Shown: positions 17,495-24,875, counted from the first letter of the stretch. The stretch is 50,496 nucleotides of DNA from a virus (IMGVR_UViG_3300020235_000070:1-50496); one strand, 5' to 3'. Translations and numbers: made by a program. The notes: a model not told the origin generated them from the sequence alone.

Positions 17495-17641
17495 TTACTT
17501 CCCGTCTAATCTCTCATAATACACCTCCTTTTCTTCTAGCTTTTCTTTGTGTCTGTTTTCTTCTAGATGTGTGAGACAGAAGAACTCTCCACCTTCAGCA
17601 GCTCTGTAACACTCATCTTCTTCCCATTGACACTTAGCCAT
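17495..17641 (-). CDS. Small Cys/His protein (48 aa)
   Basis: MAKCQWEEDEC...FC..H; AAGGA RBS. Confidence 0.5.
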   Translation of the reverse strand: MAKCQWEEDECYRAAEGGEFFCLTHLEENRHKEKLEEKEVYYERLDGK

Positions 17642-17646
17642 TATGT

Positions 17647-17853
17647 TTATCCTTCCCCCGAACGCTGTTTTAATTGAATTTCTTTACAATCATCCAGTGC
17701 CCGTTCAAGAAAATCTACGAAAGCATCTGTCGTAGCAAAGAAAGTTAGGTTAGGTTTTCCATTCACCCAAACCTGCACTTGATTTCCATGTGATGAAAAA
17801 AATTTCATCGGCGTAAATTGTCCAACAGCATACGCCTTGAGTTCTACTATCAT
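17647..17853 (-). CDS. Hypothetical protein
   Basis: 68 aa, ATGA coupling. Confidence 0.55.
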   Translation of the reverse strand: MIVELKAYAVGQFTPMKFFSSHGNQVQVWVNGKPNLTFFATTDAFVDFLERALDDCKEIQLKQRSGEG

Positions 17854-18467
17854 TCGTCTTGATAGAGATTGAGGAAATCACTCAATCGAATCACACTCAC
17901 AGGACAATGGTATCTAGCTTCCAGTTTATCAGCAGCTATTTTGTAATCCGCATAAACTACCCTTCCCTCGTGGGAGCCCATAGCCGCATTTGCTGCTTGT
18001 ACCTGCAATCCACCAGAAATCTGTGCTACGAGCATCCAAAGCTCCTCGACAATACATATCTGAGCCCGGTATCCATACTCATGCTCAACAACATGGCCTG
18101 AGCTACCAATTAAACCTACAGCCTGACCAATTTGTAGTCTGTGGAGTCCATTGAGTAGTTCAACAGACTTGTAGGAATAAATTCCATAATCATGGTATGG
18201 ATCGTTACTGACTCTCAACGCACCACGAGTTCTTACAGGATTCCACGAACACACTCTAGCAAGCTTTCCATTCTGCATCTTTTTCGTAGTTTGTGTCGGA
18301 GATTCCCAAACCATCTGTGCCGATGCGGAATATAACATCACATCCGGCCATTCAATACTCCAAGACCTCCACCCTACTAGGGGCTTAGTCCCTTTCTGTG
18401 GCTTAGGAGCAAAGAATTTATTAACTTTCTCTGGTCCCTTTCGCTCACCGTATCGGTAACTTCCCAT
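17850..18467 (-). CDS. Hypothetical protein with GWRxW...GIY...VEHExGYRA motifs (possible ADP-ribosyltransferase-like fold)
   Basis: Motif spacing; the fold assignment is an inference. Confidence 0.6.
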   Translation of the reverse strand: MGSYRYGERKGPEKVNKFFAPKPQKGTKPLVGWRSWSIEWPDVMLYSASAQMVWESPTQTTKKMQNGKLARVCSWNPVRTRGALRVSNDPYHDYGIYSYKSVELLNGLHRLQIGQAVGLIGSSGHVVEHEYGYRAQICIVEELWMLVAQISGGLQVQAANAAMGSHEGRVVYADYKIAADKLEARYHCPVSVIRLSDFLNLYQDE

Positions 18468-18616
18468 CAGTCAAAGAATAACATTAGGTGAAAAGGGCCT
18501 AGTGTCATATCTAGTCCGAGAACATCGAAGTTCACTAAAAATCCAAGTCCCCAAACACCTACATCAATCTCAAATACAGCCCTTGTACTTCCTTTGTGAT
18601 TTAGTTCGAGTATCAT
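18467..18616 (-). CDS. Small hydrophobic protein (49 aa)
   Basis: AAGGAG RBS, TGATG coupling. Confidence 0.5.
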   Translation of the reverse strand: MILELNHKGSTRAVFEIDVGVWGLGFLVNFDVLGLDMTLGPFHLMLFFD

Positions 18617-18631
18617 AGTGGGGCTCCTTAC

Positions 18632-18718
18632 TTACTTTCTAACTACATGAATAGAGAATATTAGGCCAGCTATCATAGCAAGTAAAAAGATTATTACCTG
18701 CCCTTGGAAATGTGTCAT
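18632..18718 (-). CDS. Single-pass membrane micropeptide (28 aa)
   Basis: MTHFQGQVIIFLLAMIAGLIFSIHVVRK; ATGA coupling. Confidence 0.45.
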   Translation of the reverse strand: MTHFQGQVIIFLLAMIAGLIFSIHVVRK

Positions 18719-18780
18719 AAACCTAATACTATCCAGATGATTGCCATGTACAGCACCAGTAACAGGGCTGTCGATTCCAT
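18715..18780 (-). CDS. Single-pass membrane micropeptide (21 aa)
   Basis: MESTALLLVLYMAIIWIVLGL. Confidence 0.4.
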   Translation of the reverse strand: MESTALLLVLYMAIIWIVLGL

Positions 18781-18787
18781 CACGAAA

Positions 18788-19000
18788 TTAGTTTTGTGCT
18801 TTCTCATTGTGGGGTTCCTTTTCCAGCGTGTGTCGTTTTCTGCTCCTACTTGCCGGAGCTTCCAAAACCCATGCAATAAATCTATCTATCGCGGGTCGAT
18901 CCCGGCGGATGAAATTCCTCATACTGAGGTGTGAGAGTTTCCATGCAGAATAGATACTCTCGTTATTATTCACCCAAAGTTCCCTTTCGGTGTCATTCAT
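18788..19000 (-). CDS. Hypothetical protein
   Basis: MNDTERELWVNNNESIY... Confidence 0.6.
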   Translation of the reverse strand: MNDTERELWVNNNESIYSAWKLSHLSMRNFIRRDRPAIDRFIAWVLEAPASRSRKRHTLEKEPHNEKAQN

Positions 19001-19184
19001 TCTTTTCTTTCTCGATTGAGTCCAACTTATCCTCAATCCATCTTTCGTCATTCAGCATATCGGCCCGGTCTGCCATTTCATCAACCTGAGCCTCGCTTGC
19101 CATTTCACTCAATTCCTCGTCGGACTTGTCTGGATACTCTGCATCCAACCGCTCGAAGTGAGCAAACCAATTATCGCTTGACAT
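18993..19184 (-). CDS. Small acidic protein
   Basis: AAGGAGG RBS before MSSDNW; strongly Asp/Glu-rich. Confidence 0.6.
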   Translation of the reverse strand: MSSDNWFAHFERLDAEYPDKSDEELSEMASEAQVDEMADRADMLNDERWIEDKLDSIEKEKNE

Positions 19185-19215
19185 GGGATAAAACCTCCTT
19201 CTTATGGGAAAAACG

Positions 19216-19308
19216 ACCATAGGGGCAGGATCAGCCTCTCAACAATCCACTTACCGGCGCGCCGGGTGCCACAGCCTTTTGATTGGGCGGAATGACTCCC
19301 TCTACGGT
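19216..19308 (-). ncRNA. Degenerate cloverleaf-like element F
   Basis: ACCGTAG.GG/CCCTATGGT closing stem, GCC/GGC and CCGG/CCGG arms, GGATTG-TTGAGAGGC-TGATCC arm with a UGAGA T-loop-like sequence. Confidence 0.45.
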
Positions 19309-19499
19309 TAAACTATTTGCTGGACTCCTGCCAGCGCATACAATTTTGCTGGATCATCTACAACCAGCGGCATTTTGAAGTGACGTTCTTTGGTTGAGCG
19401 TACTGTTATTATCTCACCCGCTTTATTCTGATACTGACTATCACACGGAAACAATCTATTGCTTCCTAAATGGCATCCACCGCTAACAAATTTCCACAT
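19308..19499 (-). CDS. Hypothetical protein
   Basis: 63 aa, GGAGGAGG RBS. Confidence 0.6.
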   Translation of the reverse strand: MWKFVSGGCHLGSNRLFPCDSQYQNKAGEIITVRSTKERHFKMPLVVDDPAKLYALAGVQQIV

Positions 19500-19520
19500 A
19501 AAATTCCTCCTCCTTAAAAA

Positions 19521-19606
19521 TGCCCCTTATGGGATTTCATACCCAATCCTCTACCGCGACTTCCGGTAACGTGCACGATCCTGAGAATACACACACCCTA
19601 GGGGCA
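19521..19606 (-). ncRNA. tRNA-like element D
   Basis: TGCCCCT/AGGGGCA, GTGTG/TGCAC arm, TTACCG-GAAGTCG-CGGTAG arm, TGGG-TATGAAAT-CCCA T-like arm. Confidence 0.6.
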
Positions 19607-19611
19607 AAATA

Positions 19612-19699
19612 GAGGGGCTGGGAATCGAACCCAGAATAGGCAATCTCGTTTCCTATTCCTCCTGCCAAGCTATCTTCCAGTAACTTGGGAGGCACCCTC
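19612..19699 (-). ncRNA. tRNA-like element E (same architecture as C)
   Basis: GAGGG/CCCTC, TG linker, CCTCC-CAAGTTA/TAGCTTG-GGAGG arm, AATAGG/CCTATT arm, T-arm CTGGG-TTCGATT-CCCAG. Confidence 0.7.
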
Positions 19700-19704
19700 A
19701 GGTT

Positions 19705-19756
19705 TTCTCCTTCGAGGAACTAGACGTATCTTCTCCTTCGAGGAACTAAGACGTAT
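19705..19756. repeat. Tandem direct repeat, 2 x about 26 bp
   Basis: TTCTCCTTCGAGGAACTA(A)GACGTAT twice. Confidence 0.85.
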
Positions 19757-19757
19757 A

Positions 19758-19785
19758 GGCCAGTTTCTAGTCATGGCCCAGGACT
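19758..19785 (-). ncRNA. Compact H-type pseudoknot
   Basis: AGTC-CTG-GGCCA-T-GACT-AGAAAC-TGGCC: S1 AGTC/GACT, S2 GGCCA/TGGCC. Confidence 0.55.
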
Positions 19786-19840
19786 TTCAGAGAGTGGGTC
19801 CACAGCCCTGAGTGGGCAATCCCTCATTCTCCCTGATAAC

Positions 19841-20083
19841 TTACTTCGCCTTCTGTTCTTGAATGTACGGCCAAACTACCATTTTCCAAGCCGTCCACAA
19901 AATCGTGGAGTTTCTAATCTTTCCAAACGACCTCGCTTTGGCTAGGAATCCATCAAAGATTTTCTTTCTTTCTTTTGCATCTTCCATAGAAATTATTCCG
20001 GGTGTAGGTTTGGACCAAGAGTTAGCTCGTTCCTGATGCCAAATTTTCTGGCCCACATGGGATTTCTTTGATTTAATACTCAC
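19841..20083 (-). CDS. Basic hypothetical protein (GTG start likely)
   Basis: GTGA coupling to the upstream micropeptide. Confidence 0.55.
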   Translation of the reverse strand: MSIKSKKSHVGQKIWHQERANSWSKPTPGIISMEDAKERKKIFDGFLAKARSFGKIRNSTILWTAWKMVVWPYIQEQKAK

Positions 20084-20151
20084 GACACTAGCGCCATGTA
20101 AAAGACTATCACGATTGTCAGTCTCCACAGCGACCATACTATATCTATCAT
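20080..20151 (-). CDS. Single-pass membrane micropeptide (23 aa)
   Basis: MIDIVWSLWRLTIVIVFYMALVS; ATGA and GTGA overlaps. Confidence 0.45.
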   Translation of the reverse strand: MIDIVWSLWRLTIVIVFYMALVS

Positions 20152-22388
20152 GCCGCCTGTCCACCTTCAAGGTACATTTCTTCCTTGATCTTCTTAATCA
20201 GATCCATCATAAAAGTTCCTTCAACATCCCGAGAGAGTTCTATTCCTTCGACACTCGCCTCAATGATGTCAAACTTCTCATCCAGTAATTCCTGATGCCA
20301 CCGTTCTATCTTCACATCACACTGTAGATAATAGGCATCAATCGGGTGTGGATCTCTCATTCTCTGATGCGCCCGACCTTCACACTGTTCGTGCCATTTC
20401 GGGGACCAAAGTTGATCGTTGAAGATTACCCAGTAACAATATTCTATGTTATGTGATTCTTTCGATGCTTCCGTTGTCACAACATACTTGACATTTGGAT
20501 CTCCCCGAGCCGACTCGAATATCTCATCGCGCTTCTCAGGAACCATCGTGTGAAAATCACCGTTCGCTTTGTATACTGTACAAACAGCCTCATGTCCTAG
20601 TTCTTGAGCGATTCTATACGCTGATCCCTTATACTTTGCGAAGATTAAACCTGGCTTTCCAGTTTCTTCGTTCAGTTGCTCGGCCAGTTCCACAGTAAAT
20701 GGAACCTTTTCTGCCGAGCATATCATGGATAGTCTTAAAAGCTCTGCTAAGATATGAGTTACAGATGTAGCATCCGGCTTGTCTCCACTCGGATCGAATA
20801 TCTCTAGCTTCCGGTAGAATCCAGCCAGCACTTCCTCGTACCGAATCATTCCTTCATCCGACATAGAAGATATATTTACAACCCTATTCACATCTTCCAT
20901 ATCTTCCTGCACATCCCCACGCCTACGCCGAATGAATCTCGGTCGAAGCATCTCGTGAAGTTGTGCGACGTTTTGAGGAACCTTACCATCCCGCGTGTAT
21001 GTATCCTCAAACGCTTTGTGACTTGCAAATGTTATGGGATCAATCAGATTCAACAACGGCCAAAATTCTCCAGTCCTATTAATAACCGGAGAAGCTGTTG
21101 CAGGAATCACGTATTCGATCCCACCTAGTTTCCTGTGTGCTTTCGAGCGGTGTGTGTCGAGATTCCTAATCTGGTGTGCTTCGTCGATGCCTAGGAATTT
21201 TACACCGGCTGCAATAAAAATACTCGGCCAGTTGTAATTCTTAGGATCATCTTTTGCTGTACCTTCTTCTTTCACATACGTTCCCATCATATCATGGGAT
21301 ATAAGTATGTACGGCGCACCAGCTAGAATCTTTCCAATCGCTTCGATCTTCTTACCGTTTGTATTCACACACAGTACGGGAGTCTCACCCGTTAGATTGA
21401 GAATCTCACGCTTGAAATTTGGAATAGATCCAGACTTGACAGAAAATACTATCTGAGCCTTTGGTTCTTCCATCCTCAAAATCTCTGCTATAGCTATCAT
21501 TTCACAGGTTTTACCCAACCCCGTGTCGTCAGCTATAATCAGTTTCCCACCATTCACCAGAGCAAACTCAACACATACTCTTTGGAACGGCAGAAGATAA
21601 TCATGGAACGGCTCGTGAATCTGTTTCTTAGCGTTCCAGACTATCCTGTCCAGCTTCCAGATTCGTGGATCTTTTGAATCTTCTTGACCCACAATTTCAT
21701 CCAGCCGAGCGCGATCTTCAACCTGCTTAAGTATCACACCACGCGCCGCATCGGAGTATACTACCCCGGTTGTATTCTCAAGAACCGTAAAGATTCTCCA
21801 GCCTTCGGACAATGGAATAGTCCACGCATCTGACCAGTTCCACACAGCACCGGGTAATTCACTAAACCCCGCACCATACGTGGCCGCGTTCGGACCTTTC
21901 TTTGCCTCAAAAACTATATTACTTTTTGTAGATTTAATATCCACAAACCATTCTGGTGCGGTGAGGAACCAATTCAAATCATCCTCAACACCAACATCCC
22001 AAGAAACTGTCAGTAGCGGTAAAGCTTCCAGCTTTTCCTTGCAATCATCCCATGCTTTAATGGGAATCAAATTCATGGCGGGACGTTCTAGACCATCGTC
22101 GGGCGCACCATACTCTCTACGGACTTCACCCTTAAAGGCTCGTCCCGGTACACTTTTCCAAATTTCTAGAACATCCGGTCTGAATAAACTCTCACAAACC
22201 AGATTCCCACCACTTCTTGCTGTTACCACAACCTTGATTTCTTTCTTAGCGAGATCCTCAGCTTTCTTCAAAGCTTCTACTTCGGCATTAGCTAGTCGGA
22301 TCTCCTTTTTCTTTTCTTGCAAAGCTAACAGTTTCTCCTGTAGCTTCGCCTCCTCAGCATCCAATAGCTGAAGTTCTTCCACCGACAT
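20148..22388 (-). CDS. SNF2-family SF2 helicase/ATPase
   Basis: LLPFQ, IADDTGLGKT, IDEAH, ATASP, QCEGRAHQR; AAGGAG RBS before MSVEEL. Confidence 0.9.
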   Translation of the reverse strand: MSVEELQLLDAEEAKLQEKLLALQEKKKEIRLANAEVEALKKAEDLAKKEIKVVVTARSGGNLVCESLFRPDVLEIWKSVPGRAFKGEVRREYGAPDDGLERPAMNLIPIKAWDDCKEKLEALPLLTVSWDVGVEDDLNWFLTAPEWFVDIKSTKSNIVFEAKKGPNAATYGAGFSELPGAVWNWSDAWTIPLSEGWRIFTVLENTTGVVYSDAARGVILKQVEDRARLDEIVGQEDSKDPRIWKLDRIVWNAKKQIHEPFHDYLLPFQRVCVEFALVNGGKLIIADDTGLGKTCEMIAIAEILRMEEPKAQIVFSVKSGSIPNFKREILNLTGETPVLCVNTNGKKIEAIGKILAGAPYILISHDMMGTYVKEEGTAKDDPKNYNWPSIFIAAGVKFLGIDEAHQIRNLDTHRSKAHRKLGGIEYVIPATASPVINRTGEFWPLLNLIDPITFASHKAFEDTYTRDGKVPQNVAQLHEMLRPRFIRRRRGDVQEDMEDVNRVVNISSMSDEGMIRYEEVLAGFYRKLEIFDPSGDKPDATSVTHILAELLRLSMICSAEKVPFTVELAEQLNEETGKPGLIFAKYKGSAYRIAQELGHEAVCTVYKANGDFHTMVPEKRDEIFESARGDPNVKYVVTTEASKESHNIEYCYWVIFNDQLWSPKWHEQCEGRAHQRMRDPHPIDAYYLQCDVKIERWHQELLDEKFDIIEASVEGIELSRDVEGTFMMDLIKKIKEEMYLEGGQAA

Positions 22389-22434
22389 TGTGGGGCTCCT
22401 TTGAAAAGGTACATCTTCCTGATTAAATATGAAA

Positions 22435-22517
22435 TTCCCGTCCAAGTTTCGAGGCTTGGTTCTTGCGAGGATTGGAAGCGCATAATCCTGTCACGCTCTG
22501 CCGTGACGACACGGGAA
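22435..22517 (-). ncRNA. tRNA-like cloverleaf G
   Basis: TTCCCGT/ACGGGAA, GTCACG/CGTGAC, AGGATT/AATCCT, CCAAG-CCTCGAAA-CTTGG; all four stems are perfect Watson-Crick. Confidence 0.7.
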
Positions 22518-22526
22518 ACGAGATCC

Positions 22527-22712
22527 TTATTTCCAGCTTGCGATCACACCCTCAGCTTTATTCACACCACGAATCTCCGATTTCAACAATCCCTGACCAG
22601 CATGAAATCCTTTTTTCCAAGCGGATTGTTCCATATAACAACCCACTCCCACCAACGATACAAACCACGCGATAGCGAGTACAATTTCCAAGTCCATGAT
22701 TTTTCTCCTCAA
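22527..22712 (-). CDS. Small membrane-anchored protein
   Basis: Hydrophobic IVLAIAWFVSLVGVG; AGGAG RBS before MDLEI. Confidence 0.6.
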   Translation of the reverse strand: MRRKIMDLEIVLAIAWFVSLVGVGCYMEQSAWKKGFHAGQGLLKSEIRGVNKAEGVIASWK

Positions 22713-23182
22713 TCTAGGAAGATAGCGTGTGTCACGCGGGAACGTGCAACGGGGAAAGAATCTCCGATACCAAATACTGAGCCATAACCCACGTAAATAA
22801 CTTTGTCACTTACGCGAAGCACAGCTATATTTGCTGGATGATCTTTGAGCCAACGGCCTACGGTGGGAAACCTATCTGTAATCTGAACCCGAGCCGATTG
22901 TCCAACCCTACGCCCGAGTCCTAGATTCGTAGACTGTACTCTACGTCCTAAAACTTTTGCCACACTTGCTATTTCCCTGAACCCATTTCCTGCGTCCCAA
23001 TCTGAGCCAGCTTCCAACAATCTATCAGCCGCCTCACATATCGTAATACCTAAAACTGAACTCACAACCCTTGGAGCCTGTTCCTGAGAATATCTAAGTA
23101 TTTCCCAGTTCCACTCCCTACTTTGTTCGTTTTCCGCGATCATTTTCTTTTTCCTTTTGTGGGAAGGAAATCGTACCGACAT
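22709..23182 (-). CDS. Hypothetical protein, first gene of the leftward arm
   Basis: 157 aa; the start may be MIAEN (AAGGA RBS). Confidence 0.6.
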   Translation of the reverse strand: MSVRFPSHKRKKKMIAENEQSREWNWEILRYSQEQAPRVVSSVLGITICEAADRLLEAGSDWDAGNGFREIASVAKVLGRRVQSTNLGLGRRVGQSARVQITDRFPTVGRWLKDHPANIAVLRVSDKVIYVGYGSVFGIGDSFPVARSRVTHAIFLD

Positions 23183-23223
23183 ATGTAATTTATCAGCTTT
23201 CGATCCGTTCCGCTAGGGGGGGC

Positions 23224-23312
23224 TAAGTCCTTTGATACCAACGACTTACGGGATCGGGTGTTGAGTTGATTGCCCTTACCTTATTCGCAAGTCGTTATGC
23301 TGCAACGACTTA
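23224..23312. promoter_or_regulatory. Two copies of an imperfect palindrome (T/C)AAGTC(G/C)TT-N7-AACGACTTA
   Basis: 23224-23248 and 23288-23312. Confidence 0.7.
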
Positions 23313-23365
23313 CAGCACTATCTCACAGTCATTTCGGGCGAAAACACCTTAATTCACCGTAAATC

Positions 23366-23625
23366 CCACGTATTCCATGTGTTCCACGTGTGAAAAATGA
23401 CTCCCCACCTACTCGTATGGTATGCCGTGGGTGGTTTAGTATATTTTTTTATTTATATAATAGACTCTTACAAGCCCCAACAGGATAGAGTTACCTAGCC
23501 CATCATTACCATTGGCATCATGGCATCTAGTTAGATGATGAGATAGAGTGCTACCGAAGGCAATCGACAGGAGAAAATGTATGTAGGGTGTCATTTATCC
23601 CACGTGGACGGCATGGTATCTATGG
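23366..23625. repeat. Putative replication origin: inverted arrays of 9-bp repeats flanking an AT-rich core
   Basis: CCACGTATT-CCATGTGTT-CCACGTGTG-AAAAATGAC mirrored at 23583-23625; TATATTTTTTATTTATATAATA in between. Confidence 0.5.
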
Positions 23626-23640
23626 ACGGTCGTTAAACTG

Positions 23641-23704
23641 GCATCAATTATGTCAAGTGCTTCGTGAATTAGATTAACGCGTCAATTATACTTGGCGTCA
23701 ATTA
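23641..23704. promoter_or_regulatory. Three GC(A/G)TCAATTA boxes, operator-like
   Basis: GCATCAATTA at 23641, GCGTCAATTA at 23679 and 23695. Confidence 0.5.
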
Positions 23705-23955
23705 AATAATGGATGGATTCTCAGCAGGATATTTTCAAGAATATACACCCGAACAAAAACCGAAGGGTAATTTCAGTTTGGGCCTTGCGCGAGCCCTTGC
23801 TATTGCGTAGATTCCATATCAGGATAGGATCGGGGCCGCCGAAAGGCCTGCCGCATACAGCCTTCCCGAGGGACCGTAGATAACCCATCGCTGGACTACG
23901 CCCGAATTTTTCCAAGTGTTCGATTTTTTTTCCTTCCTTAGACGAGGATTCAATA

Positions 23956-24474
23956 ATGGCTGATGCCAGCAACACACCGGCACCAAAGCCGAAGTTTGGT
24001 TTGGTTCCCAAATCGTTTGACGTTTCCAATGTGGACCACTTGGAAATTGTCCAGACGAAGCCGATTAGTTTCCACGAGCCCAAGCCTGAAAAGGCTCCGA
24101 AGGGTTGGAAATACGATTCCAAGAATGATCAGAAATTCTCGGTCGGCTTGGTCGTGCCGGAAGCTACGGCGGCAGGAATTTCGGCTTACATGGAATTCTA
24201 TTCCACCAATGGGCCGAAGCACGATGGGTCCGCGAAAGATGGTGCGGAGTTCGTCGCCGAGTGCGTTCGGAAACGGATTTCCGATAATGTCAATAGCTAT
24301 CTCGATTCTGGCGCTATTGATCTCGCACCACGATTTCTTCCTGCAATTTCGCGGTTAGGATTCGTTGACGAAAACGAAGCGAGAGCTTCGAGGTTCTTGG
24401 CTTGGACCGTAGCAAATCCCGGCAAACAGCCCGGTCCAACCGAAATGAAGGAGATTTTCGGAACGGTTGCGTAG
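23956..24474 (+). CDS. Orphan hypothetical protein in the control region
   Basis: 172 aa, GAGGA RBS, codon usage unlike the rest of the genome. Confidence 0.7.
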   Translation: MADASNTPAPKPKFGLVPKSFDVSNVDHLEIVQTKPISFHEPKPEKAPKGWKYDSKNDQKFSVGLVVPEATAAGISAYMEFYSTNGPKHDGSAKDGAEFVAECVRKRISDNVNSYLDSGAIDLAPRFLPAISRLGFVDENEARASRFLAWTVANPGKQPGPTEMKEIFGTVA

Positions 24475-24491
24475 CCAACATTTCTGTAAAG

Positions 24492-24564
24492 TCTGATGGC
24501 GGCCCACGATTTTCACGGCTCACCCGAAATTCCGTTGAGAATCGTAGGGCCGCCTCAGATTTTT
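24492..24564 (+). terminator. Long hairpin followed by a T run (terminator or processing site)
   Basis: TCTGA.GGCGGCCC.ACGATTTTCA.CGG / CCG.TGAGAATCGT.GGGCCGCC.TCAGA then TTTTT. Confidence 0.6.
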
Positions 24565-24586
24565 GCCTCATTACAGCAGCTTAACA

Positions 24587-24635
24587 TGAGAGTGTTGGCT
24601 GGACGACATTTCTGAAAGTGTTGGCTGGACGACAT
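24587..24635. repeat. Direct repeat, 2 x 23 bp, period 26
   Basis: TGA(G/A)AGTGTTGGCTGGACGACAT twice. Confidence 0.85.
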
Positions 24636-24875
24636 AACGCCCTGCGTTACTAATATCCCACCGCGTTACTATTAACGCCCTCCGTTATTAATAACGGCTC
24701 CCGTTATCAGCATCTTAAGCGCCAAAACCCCCCACCCCCCAAAATCCATGGCACGATTATTGCGGATTCTGCGTGTAACGAAGCATAAAAAATTTAAAAA
24801 GGTTTTTTTGAATAAATAAATCTATAGGGAATTAAGGGTATAGAATTATAAAGAGGATGGGGAAAAGTTTACCCC

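Noticed and set aside
17506-17517. Strong SD plus an ATG-AGA-GAT-TAG minigene before a hairpin
   Set aside because: It lies inside the 48-aa ORF 17495-17641, and the SD is explained by its K-E-V codons.
19705-19756. Mini CRISPR array (also considered for 24587-24635)
   Set aside because: Only two adjacent copies with no spacer-length sequence between them, and no cas operon. The Cas4-like nuclease sits in a recombination module.
22389-22445. N-terminal extension of the SNF2 helicase given by the ORF track (similarly 17303-17365 and 8987-9040)
   Set aside because: These TTG/GTG-type extensions run into the tRNA-like elements. Downstream ATGs are better starts, with clear SD sequences for the first two.
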